This document shows positions 9,425 to 19,966 of a DNA stretch of 64,000 nucleotides, one piece after another. The position numbers and the translations under genes are program-made. Below the pieces are notes generated by a model. The model saw only the letters and a program-made list of their open reading frames with translations. It ran no database searches and was not told the origin of the DNA. Every line of letters begins with the position of its first letter. Positions within the stretch are counted from its first letter, which is position 1. This DNA is from an uncultured Acidobacteriota bacterium (GTDB taxonomy: Bacteria; Acidobacteriota; Blastocatellia; Pyrinomonadales; Pyrinomonadaceae). The DNA lies in the NCBI GenBank assembly GCA_963849205.1, contig CAWKGP010000005.1, positions 252,406 through 316,405 of the forward strand. Reading direction: 5' to 3'.

Positions 9425-11821
9425 ATGACTGAATCTTCTAAAGCCACATACTCATCGTCCACGATCTTTCTGATCGGTCTATGTTTCGTTCTATCCGGGG
9501 CGACGGGGCTTATTTATGAGGTGCTCTGGGTACGCATGCTGGGCCTTGTGTTTGGGGCCACGACGCTCGCGGTCAGCACTGTGCTTGCGGCATTTATGGG
9601 TGGGCTCGCACTTGGCAGTGCGTTGGCCGCAAGGCTTGCACAAAGGATCAGGAAACCGCTGAGTGTGTATGGGTTGATGGAAATTCTCATCGCCCTGTAT
9701 GCGCTGTTGGTCCCGTTGTTATTTCGCTGGATCGATCACGTGTACGCGTTGATCTGGCAACAACTTCAGCCCGGATACTTCACGTTTAGTCTGTGGCGTT
9801 TCTTTCTTTCAGGCGTCGTACTGCTTGTGCCCACGACGTTGATGGGTGCTACGTTGCCGGTACTCGCAGCAGCTCTCATTCGATCGTCACGGCGCGATTC
9901 AAACTCGGTAACGAGGCTTTATGCGTGCAATCTCGTGGGTGCAATTCTGGGTACGCTTGCGGCCGGGTTTGTGTTGCTGCCGTGGCTTGGTGTTCGAACT
10001 ACGATCGCAGTTGCCGCGGCGCTCAATATCATCGTGGGCGCGATTGCGATCTTTTTACAACGAAAAGCTGAGTCACATACTGAGGTTGCGGAGAAGATTG
10101 AGGTCGAAGAGTTGGTTGTGGCGGACGACAGTCGAGGATTCTGGTTCGTCGCCGCACTTGTTTCTGGTTTTGTCACTATCGGTACGCAGGTTTCATGGAC
10201 GCGCGTCCTCACCATGATCATCGGATCGAGTACTTACGCGTTCAGCATTGTTGTCGCATTGTTTTTGATTGGACTCGCCATCGGCGCGTGGATAGTTGCG
10301 CGCAAGGATCGATCGCATAGATTGCGTTCGACGATTCTGGTAGTCGAAGTGCTAACTGCGCTCAGTTTGCTCTTCAGCCTGTTTGTCCTCAACCAGATAC
10401 CGGCACTGTTGATTAATCTTGGTTTGCGTTTACAGGTGGCCTCATGGATTGGTCTGCTTGCTTTGCAGATCCTTTCTGCTACGTTGCTGATCCTTGTGCC
10501 TGCGGTGTTGATGGGGATGGTGATGCCGTTGGTGCTCATTTGGGCCAGTAGTGAAGGGAAGAAAGCCGTAGCGCGCGTAGGCCGAAGCTACGCGATCAAT
10601 ACCCTCGGCGCGATCGCGGGTGCGTTTCTCACCGGGTTTATTTTTATTCCGAAAGCAAGTACGAGATTCACATTGCTGTTTGCAGCGACGTGTTGTTTAG
10701 TCGTGGCAGGGCTCGCGTACCGTCCCACTACTGGCGACCCGGCCCTGAAACGCAGTCTTGCCATCGGGTTAAGTTTCGTATTCGTCATCGTACTCTTTGT
10801 TGTGGCGCCTCGGATGAATCTCGCCGACCTTTCCATCGGTGCTTATGACAGTCTCGTGCGCGTGATCGCACAAACGCGCGAGGGGGTGCAGGAAGGCGAC
10901 ACCACCGCTGGACCAAATATCCATGAGCTTTTGATGTATCAGGAAGGACCAACTGCGACCGTGTCTGTGCGTCGCGACGCGGATACCGTTTCAATGGCAA
11001 TCAATGGACGCACAAACGCGTCCGACAGTATCTATGACATGCCGACGCAGGTGATGCTCGGGCAGTTGCCGCTGCTGATCGCGCCGAAGATCGAAAACGG
11101 TTTGATAATCGGTTATGCGACCGGCGTGACGGTCGGCGCGATGTTGCAGTCGCCGATTCAGTCTGTAACGTGTGTAGAGCTCGAGCCGGGAACTGTTGCC
11201 GGATCTGAGTTCTTCACTCACATCAACAACCGGCCGCTCGATGATCCGCGCACGAACTTGATCATAGACGATGCGAGAACCTTTCTGCGTGTGACACCGA
11301 ATCGTTACGACATCATCGTGAGTGAGCCGAGTCACCCGTGGGTTCCCGGAGTCGCAAATTTGTTTACGCAGGAGTTCTTTGAATTGGGACGAGCGCGTTT
11401 GAACGACGATGGGATCTGGGTGCAGTGGGTGCAGATCTATCAACTCTCGACCGAGAGTTTGCGGTCAGTGTTGGCGACGTATCACAAAGTTTTTCAGCAC
11501 GTGCTGGTGTTTCGTGTCGGTGGTTTGAATAAGGGGAAGGATCTGTTGTTGATTGGAAGCAACCGGCCGCTGAATCTCGATCGGTTGGCCGAGCGATTTG
11601 CAGATCAGCGAATCTCGACTGAACTGGCGCGAGTTGATTTGAAATCGGAAGCCGATGTGAGAGGGTGGTTTGTTTGTGACGAGTCAAGACTTGGGCCAGC
11701 CGTAGCGGGCGCGAAGATCAATACCGACGACAACATGCACATCGAGATGACTGTGCCGCGCGAGGCGTTTCGACCGTTGATGCAGAGCAATGCGGAGTGG
11801 GTGCAGGCTCTCGCGAAGTAA
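9425..11821 (+). CDS. Fused polytopic membrane / spermidine-synthase-like (class I methyltransferase fold) protein
   Basis: About 14 predicted TM helices followed by a PABS-like domain (GLIIGYATGVTVGA, DIIVSEPSHPWVPGVANLFTQEFF). Confidence 0.8.
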   Translation: MTESSKATYSSSTIFLIGLCFVLSGATGLIYEVLWVRMLGLVFGATTLAVSTVLAAFMGGLALGSALAARLAQRIRKPLSVYGLMEILIALYALLVPLLFRWIDHVYALIWQQLQPGYFTFSLWRFFLSGVVLLVPTTLMGATLPVLAAALIRSSRRDSNSVTRLYACNLVGAILGTLAAGFVLLPWLGVRTTIAVAAALNIIVGAIAIFLQRKAESHTEVAEKIEVEELVVADDSRGFWFVAALVSGFVTIGTQVSWTRVLTMIIGSSTYAFSIVVALFLIGLAIGAWIVARKDRSHRLRSTILVVEVLTALSLLFSLFVLNQIPALLINLGLRLQVASWIGLLALQILSATLLILVPAVLMGMVMPLVLIWASSEGKKAVARVGRSYAINTLGAIAGAFLTGFIFIPKASTRFTLLFAATCCLVVAGLAYRPTTGDPALKRSLAIGLSFVFVIVLFVVAPRMNLADLSIGAYDSLVRVIAQTREGVQEGDTTAGPNIHELLMYQEGPTATVSVRRDADTVSMAINGRTNASDSIYDMPTQVMLGQLPLLIAPKIENGLIIGYATGVTVGAMLQSPIQSVTCVELEPGTVAGSEFFTHINNRPLDDPRTNLIIDDARTFLRVTPNRYDIIVSEPSHPWVPGVANLFTQEFFELGRARLNDDGIWVQWVQIYQLSTESLRSVLATYHKVFQHVLVFRVGGLNKGKDLLLIGSNRPLNLDRLAERFADQRISTELARVDLKSEADVRGWFVCDESRLGPAVAGAKINTDDNMHIEMTVPREAFRPLMQSNAEWVQALAK

Positions 11822-11831
11822 GCAAAGAATA

Positions 11832-11927
11832 TCTCCCGCAAAGGCGCCACGGCGCAACGAATGAATCAGCTGCTCTGACGTAACTCCTTCGTTGCGCCGT
11901 GGCGCCGTTGCGGGAGAAATCCTATCA
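11832..11927. repeat. Hairpin repeat related to family A (CGCAAAGGCGCC units)
   Basis: tctcccgcaaaggcgccacggcgcaacgaa ... ttcgttgcgccgtggcgccgttgcgggaga. It lies between convergent genes and overlaps the last codons of hemY. Confidence 0.85.
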
Positions 11928-13295
11928 ACGCCTCTGAGGCTGCTTCACCGCTACGAATACAATCGGGAATGCCCGCGCCGCGATAGGAGTTACCGGCGAG
12001 TGCCAGTCCGGGAAGTTCTGCGACAAGCCTTTCGATGTCGTTAACCCGATCGAGATGGCCGACTTCATATTGCGGCATCGATCGTTCCCACTTTGCCACT
12101 TCAATAAAACGAGGATCTTCGCGGATTTTTAATAATTCGCGCAGATCAGCTTCCACTCTCTTGGCAATTCCTGCTTCGTCGAGGGCAAAGATTTCCGGTT
12201 GCAACGCGCCACCCGCAAAGGCGCGAAGCAGGACGTGTTCATCCGGCGCTCGACGCGAAAACTTCACGCTGCTGAATGTGCAAGCAATCAAAGATCTCTT
12301 CTCGATGAATGGAACGACAAAGCCGAATCCGTTAAGTGGGTGAGCGATGGCTGAACGCCGGTAAGCGAAGTTGATTGTCGCTGTCGAAGCGTAATTGATC
12401 GCTTTCAGTTTCTGCGCGAGTTGACCATTGGTATCACTTAACAGCGACGCCGCGATGTGTGCGGGGACCGCAAGGCAAACCGCGTCCGTCTGAAGTTGCT
12501 CGCCGGTATGCATTGTGATCGTCCAGCCTTCGCTATCTCGTTTCAGTCTTGTCACACGCGTATTCAATCGAGTTTCGGCGTTGATCTCAGCGAGTGCGTC
12601 CACCAGCACTTGCATGCCGCGATCGAACGAGAGAAACAAACTGTAACGTGCGCCGCTCGTGCCGGTCTTTTGTGCGCGGCCCTGGCGCAACATCGCGAGG
12701 ATCAGACTCCGGTGCTTTTGCTCCATGTCGAGGAACCGCGGCAGGGTTGCGCGCAAGCTGAGCGTTTCGGGATCTGCAGTGTAAATGCCGCCGACCATCG
12801 GTTGGGCCATACGCGCGAGTGCTTCTTCTCCGAGTCTGCGCCGCACAAAGCTCGCCAGACTCTCATCGCCTGCGCCGTTTGTGCTCTTTCGCGGCAGAAA
12901 CAGATCAGCGGCCATACGCGCCTTGCCAGCGAGACTGAAGATGTCGCTCGTAATAAACGCCCACATGCGCGAGGGCGCCAGCAGTTGAAATCCTTCGGGC
13001 ACGGCGCGCAAGCGTCCATTGCGCACGATGAAACTGCGCCGGTACGTTTCGTTTGTCTCGATTATTTGTGAATCGAGGCCGAGACGTTTTGCGAGTGCGA
13101 GCGCTTCTGGTTTTTCAGAGATGAAAGAATCCGGGCCACGTTCGAGGAGGAAACCGTCGCGCTGCGTGGTTTGAATCGTCCCACCAAGCCTCGCGCTAGC
13201 TTCGAGCAGAATGACTTCTACTGACGGATTAATTTCCTGAACACGATGTGCCGCAGCCAGTCCGGTAATCCCACCACCAACTACGACTATCCTGT

Positions 13296-13299
<4 letters not shown>
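11866..13299 (-). CDS. hemY: Protoporphyrinogen/coproporphyrinogen III oxidase (HemY/CgoX type, FAD-dependent)
   Basis: N-terminal dinucleotide fold IVVVGGGITGLAAAH. Length and overall pattern match HemY. It is the last gene of a hemE-hemH-hemY arrangement joined by 4-nt overlaps. Confidence 0.85.
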
Positions 13300-14287
<988 letters not shown>

Positions 14288-14291
<4 letters not shown>

Positions 14292-15325
14292 CCGTGTAAT
14301 CCGTGTACCATTTCAACCAACGCGATCACATTCTCCACCGGTGTCTCAGGTAATATTCCATGCCCCAGATTGAAAATATGCCCCGCACGACCACCCGCCT
14401 GATCCAGAATTCGCTTCGCCTGTTCGCGTAGAACATCCTGCTTCGCAAACAAAGCGATTGGATCGAGATTCCCCATTACGGCAACGTCGTGACCAACGCG
14501 CTGCCATGCTTCATCGAGTCGCACACGCCAATCGAGTCCAATCACATCGCCACCGGCTTCGCGCATCAGCTCCAACAGCGCGGCCGTTCCCGTACCGAAG
14601 TGAATTACCGGAACGCCCTTTTTCACGTTTCGGATTACGCTTTGAGTATGCGGTAGTACAAACTCGCCATAATCGTCCGGGCTCAAACATCCCACCCACG
14701 AGTCAAACAATTGCACTGCCTGCGCGCCCGCTGCGATCTGTGCGTTGAGATATTTCACTAGCGCTCTCGAGATCAACGACATCATCGCGTGCCAGGCGCC
14801 GGGGTCGTCGTACATTAAACGCTTCGTGTGTACGTAATTCTTCGACCCGCCACCTTCCGTCATATATGACGCGAGCGTGAATGGCGCACCACAGAAACCA
14901 ATCAACGGAATATCCGGCTTGAGCGCCCCACGCGTTTTCCTAATTGCCTCATAAACAAATTCAAGCGCGTTCGCATCCTCCAGTTCCCGCAACCCCTCAA
15001 CATCCGACGGCTTACGCACGGGATTGTGAATCACCGGCCCCTCACCCGCCGCAAACTCCAGTTGGATCCCCAGTGGTTCGAGTATCAACAAAATGTCGGC
15101 AAAAATGATCGCCGCATCAACACCCAACCGCTCAACCGCCGTCACCGTCACCTCCGCCGCGAGCTCCGGATTCTTACAAAGCTCCAAAAACGTCGTCCTC
15201 GCGCGCACCTCTCGATACTCGCGCATATACCTTCCCGCCTGCCTCATCAACCAGATCGGCGTATACGGCACCGCCTCCCCCCGGCATGCCCGCATGAATG
15301 GACTGTTTTCGAGTGATTGAGTCAA
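14288..15325 (-). CDS. hemE: Uroporphyrinogen decarboxylase
   Basis: FMRACRGEAVPYTPIWLMRQAGRYMREY is the canonical HemE N-terminus. A TTG at 15325 gives a normal-length protein of about 345 aa. The listed ORF start at 15478 adds a non-homologous extension. Confidence 0.9.
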
Positions 15326-15440
15326 GTAAAAGATTATACGGATATTTAGAAGATCAGCGCAGATCTGATTTATTGTAACGAATGACAGCGCCCTTGTAGA
15401 ATAACCCAGCATTTCTAGTTTCCTTCGAGGGTAAGCCTCC

Positions 15441-18400
15441 GTGCCCAACGTAAAACCCGCCCGCAAAGGCGTCTTCATCTCCTACGCACGCAGCGACGGC
15501 GAAGAGTTTGCCGATCGCCTGCGCCAGCGATTGCAGGCGGAAAATATCCCACTCTGGCAGGATCGCGTAGGCATGGAAGGTGGCCGCGACTGGTGGCTGC
15601 AAATCACCGAAGCCCTCGATCAAGTCGAGTTTATGGCACTGGTGATCACACCGAATGCTTTGAAGTCTGAGACGGTAAGGAAAGAATGGCGCTACGCTCG
15701 CCAGCAAGGTGTTTGCGTTTATCCCATCAAAGGCTTACCTGATCTCGACTTCGATAGTTTGCCACGCTGGATGCGGAGCGCGCATTTTTATGACTTAGAT
15801 CATGAGTGGCAAAAGTTCGTCAACGATCTCAACACCCGCTGTCAGACCAAGCGTGTCCCCTTCATGGTCGAAGATCTACCTGAAGGCTTCGTGCCACGTC
15901 CCGGTGAATTCGATCAGCTTCTGAACCTACTGATTGATGAGCGGCGAGCAGAACCAGTAGCGATCACCGCGGCACTGAGAGGCGCTGGCGGGTATGGCAA
16001 GACAACATTGGCTAGGGCGCTGTGTCATGACGAACGTATTCAGGAGGCATTCGACGACGGCATTCTCTGGATCACGCTTGGAGAAAATCCTGGCGACTTA
16101 ACAGGTCGAGTTGAAGATCTCATCGTTACACTCGGTGACGAGCGACCTGGATTTACAACACAGGATGCAGCGGTCAATCGCTTAAAAGAACTGTTGGCTG
16201 ATCGAGACATTCTGATCGTGATTGACGACGTTTGGGACCGGGCTCATCTCAATCCGTTCATACAGGGTGGCCCGCGTTGCGCTCGCCTGATCACAACACG
16301 GAACTTCGACACGCTGCCGGCTGGCACAGCAAAGGTGCAAGTCGATGCAATGCAGCAGGACGAAGCGACGATGCTGCTTACTGCTGGTTTGGATGAAACT
16401 TCACTTCAGAATGCAGGACTGACCCCGTGAGTTGAAAAAGCTTGCATCACGTTTGGGTGAGTGGCCGCTGTTACTTCGTTTAGTCAATAGTGCTCTACGC
16501 AATCGCATCGAAAATGACAAGCAATCGCCACGCGATGCAGTTACGTGGATCAACACAGCACTTATTAAACGCGGGCTGACTTATTTTGATGCCAGCAATT
16601 CCGAAGCGCGTAATGACGCAGTGGCGAGGACGATTGGTGTCAGTCTTGATCTGTTGAGCGTGAGAGACCGAGAACGTTACGGCGAGCTTGCGATCTTTCC
16701 CGAGGATGTTGTGATTCCCCTCTCTACGTTGGAAAAGCTGTGGGCCAAGACTGGCGGCCTGGATGAATTCGATGCCGAAGATTTATGCAGTCGATTGAAT
16801 CGTTTTTCTCTGTTGTGGAGTTACGACGCAAACCAGCGACGTATCCGCTTGCATGACGTGGTTCGAAATTTCTTAATTGAGCAACAACGAGGCAGGCTAC
16901 CGTCAATCCACGCACAACTTCTCGACGTGCATTTTCCAATAGCTTCATCCGGTTGGGCTGCAATGCCCGCAGACGAGCCGTATTTTTGGGATCATCTCGC
17001 GCATCATCTTGTCGAGGCCGGTCGCGGCAATGAGTTGGTCGCCACCGTCAAGGACTGGCGTTATCTGGTTTCTAAAACACTCATCCGCAAGTCGCTTGCG
17101 GTTGAAGCCGACTTGTTGACTGGTGAGAAGGTTGCAGCAAACGATGACGGACTGCAGTTACTACGGCGCAACTTCGTGAATTCAGGTCATCTCTTGAACC
17201 GATGCGAAAGCAGAGACGACGTCGAAATCACTTTGTTTACGCGCCTGCGACACCTGGATGATTTGAAGCCGCTCACGAGAACTCTCGAACAGCATCTGAA
17301 ACGTCCGTATATTCTACCGCTCCAAACACTGCCTGACTTACCCCATCCGGCGTTGGTGCGAACACTCAGCGGCCATGCCAGTACGGTACTGGGCTGTGCG
17401 GTGAGCGCAGATGGAGCGACGATCGTCTCGGCTTCTTATGATGGAACGCTAAAGATATGGGATAGGCGCAGTGGCGTGGAGCGCTTCACGCTAAGAGGTC
17501 ATTTGGCTCGGGTGCTGAGCTGCGCGGTGAGTGCGGATGGGGCGACGATTGTCTCGGCCTCGGATGATGGAACGCTGAAGGTGTGGGATGGACGCAGTGG
17601 AACAGAGCGCTGCACGCTGAGCGGCCATTTGGGTGGGGTGCAGGGCTGCGCGGTGAGCGCTGATGGAGCGACGATCGTGTCGGCTTCTTTTGATAAGACG
17701 CTGAAGGTGTGGGATGGGCACAGTGGAACAGAGCGCTTTACGCTGAGCGGCCATTCTGGTTGGGTAAATGGCTGTGCGGTGAGCGCGGATGGAGCGACGA
17801 TCGTGTCGGCTTCGGATGATGGGACGCTGAAGGTGTGGGATGGGCGCAGTGGAGGTAATCGCTTGACGCTTAGCCATTCGTTATCAGTGCGGGGCTGCGC
17901 GGTGAGCGCCGATGGGGCGACGATCGTGTCGGCTTCGGGGGATTCAACATTGAAGGTGTGGGATCGGTGCAGTGGAGTCGAGCGATTCACACTGAGGGGC
18001 CATGCGCGTGCAGTGCTGGGCTGCGCGTTGAGCGCGGATGGAGTAACGATCGTGTCGGCTTCGGATGATGGAACGCTGAAGGTGTGGGATGGACGCAGTG
18101 GAGCCGAGCGCTTCACGCTGAGTGGCCATGCTGGGGGCGTGGGTGGCTGCGCAGTAAGTGCGGATGGAGCAACGATTGCCTCGGCTTCGGGGGATAGTAC
18201 ATTGAAGGTGTGGGATGGGCGGAGTGGAGGGAACAGCTTTACGCTGAGCGGCCATTTGGGTGGGGCGCGTAACTGCGCGGTGAGCGCGGATGGAGCGACG
18301 GTCGTGTCGACTTCGGGGGATAGAACGCTGAAGGTGTGGGATGGGCGCAGTGGAGTGGAGCGCTTCACGCTAAGAGGTCATTTGGCTCGGGTGCTGAGCT

Positions 18401-19104
18401 GCGCGGTGAGTGCGGATGGGGCGACGATTGTCTCGGCCTCGGATGATGGAACGCTGAAGGTGTGGGATGGACGCAGTGGAACAGAGCGCTGCACGCTGAG
18501 CGGCCATTTGGGTGGGGTGCAGGGCTGCGCGGTGAGCGCTGATGGAGCGACGATCGTGTCGGCTTCTTTTGATAAGACGCTGAAGGTGTGGGATGGGCAC
18601 AGTGGAACAGAGCGCTTTACGCTGAGCGGCCATTCTGGTTGGGTAAATGGCTGTGCGGTGAGCGCGGATGGAGCGACGATCGTGTCGGCTTCGGATGATG
18701 GGACGCTGAAGGTGTGGGACGGGCGCAATGGCGCGGAACGCTTTACGCTGAGCGGCCAATCTGGTTGGGTAAAGGGCTGTGCGGTGAGTGCGGACGGAGC
18801 GATGATCGTCTCGGCTTCGTCTGATGGAACGCTTAAGGTGTGGGATGGGCGCAATGGCACGGAGCGCTTCACGCTGAGCAACCCAACGGGTTGGGTGCAG
18901 GGCTGCGCGGTGAGTGCGGATGGAGCGACGATTGTCTCGGCTTCGGATGACGGAACGCTGAAGGTGTGGGGCGGGCACACGGGCGAGAGCCTGTCGACGC
19001 TGTATGTCGATGGACCCCTAAATGGCTGTGCTTGCTCTCCCGATGGTGAAATAATCGCGGCAGCTGGTCCTCGCGGAATCTACTTCCTCCGCCTCGTGCG
19101 CTAA
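15441..19104 (+). CDS. TIR - NB-ARC (STAND NTPase) - 14x WD40 protein, split by a 1-nt frameshift into ORFs 15441..16430 and 16432..19104
   Basis: TIR: VFISYARSDGEEFADRL...ALKSETVRKEW. NB-ARC: P-loop GAGGYGKTTLA (15981-16013), Walker B ILIVIDDVWD, ARLITTRN, GEWPLLL, and MHD-like RLHDVV (16849-16857). These are followed by 14 42-aa WD40 units (GHxxxVxxCAVSADGATIVSASxDxTLKVWD). Confidence 0.85.
17350..19100 (+). repeat. In-frame tandem array of 14 x 126-bp WD40-coding units, including an exact 365-bp segmental duplication (17476-17840 = 18355-18719)
   Basis: GGCCAT/GGTCAT of the GH dipeptide recurs at 17371, 17497, 17623 and onward (period 126). The two listed blocks are identical by base-by-base reading, at an offset of 879 bp. 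Confidence 0.9.
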
Positions 19105-19390
19105 ATCGAAACAACCACGGATCAGGATCACGGACCGATCTGCGCAGATCGGTTCCCCAATCCGTAAAATCTGCGTCCGAACTTTCCCACCCGCCCACAC
19201 GTTCAACGCAACGGATCGCCCCCGAACGACACTAACTACCAATAACCGCTCTCAGATCTGTTTTCAGATCTTGGTGTAAAACGGGGTTAACGACTACAAT
19301 ACACCCCAAATACCGCCACGTCCGGCTGCCTTGTAGAAACTTGTCACAAGTCAGTAACTTGCGGTGTTTGCACTGTTGAGAGAGCGGTGA

Positions 19391-19966
19391 TTGATGAACG
19401 GACAAGCTAGAGCTTTGATCGAGTCCATGCCTAACGACATCGGGACTGAAGCGGTAGGTCCGCTCAGTTTCGACGAAGCGTTTACCCTCCATCACCGCGC
19501 CGTTTTTCGGACGGCTAGAGCTGTTGTTCGCGATTCGGCTATCGCCGAAGACGTGACGCAGGAAGTGTTTCTAAGACTTTATCGCAATCTCAACGCTACG
19601 CCAGGCGAGGAATTATTGCGGGCGTGGCTTTTGCGCGTGACTCTTAACGTCGCGCGAAACACCTTGCGGGGTCAAAGCCGCTCGATGGTTCGCGACAACG
19701 AGTATCACAAGACCACGGCAGACGGCTTTTTTGCCGACGCACCGGAAGAAGACTACGAACGCCGCATGGCTATCGAGGAAGCTCGCCGCGCGTTGGAGAA
19801 AATCAAAGAGCCGATGAGAAGTTGCCTGCTTTTGAAACAGCAGGGACTCTCCTACCGCGAAATCGCCACCACGCTGTCTCTAAAAGAGACAAACATTGGC
19901 AGCCTGGTAGCCCGCGGTCGCAAAGAGTTTGCGAGGGTTTACGGTAAGATCGGAGGCAAACGATGA
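19391..19966 (+). CDS. ECF-type RNA polymerase sigma-70 family factor
   Basis: Region 2 is AEDVTQEVFLRLYRN. Region 4 HTH is LSYREIATTLSLKETNIGSLVARGRKEF. Confidence 0.9.
   Translation: MMNGQARALIESMPNDIGTEAVGPLSFDEAFTLHHRAVFRTARAVVRDSAIAEDVTQEVFLRLYRNLNATPGEELLRAWLLRVTLNVARNTLRGQSRSMVRDNEYHKTTADGFFADAPEEDYERRMAIEEARRALEKIKEPMRSCLLLKQQGLSYREIATTLSLKETNIGSLVARGRKEFARVYGKIGGKR

Noticed and set aside
17491-18980. Long minus-strand ORFs (289, 202, 200, 128 and 103 aa) antisense to the WD40 region
   Set aside because: They are mirror-frame artefacts of the GC-rich 126-bp repeat. Their sequences are repetitive and low-complexity (…PSHTFSVPSSEA…, …IPHLQRSIIRSR…). They have no start context, and the plus strand encodes a clear WD40 array.
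17350-19100. Possible CRISPR array suggested by the regular repeat periodicity
   Set aside because: The 126-bp period is contiguous with no unique spacers. It is in frame and translates to canonical WD40 blades. No cas genes are present.
19105-19390. ECF-type autoregulated promoter (GAAAC-N-CGT-like) or terminator palindromes in the spacer after the STAND gene
   Set aside because: I see the palindrome ggaccgatctgcgcagatcggttcc (about 19134-19158) and a GAAACTT motif near 19337. The spacing and -10 element do not convincingly match an ECF consensus, so I am not calling a promoter.
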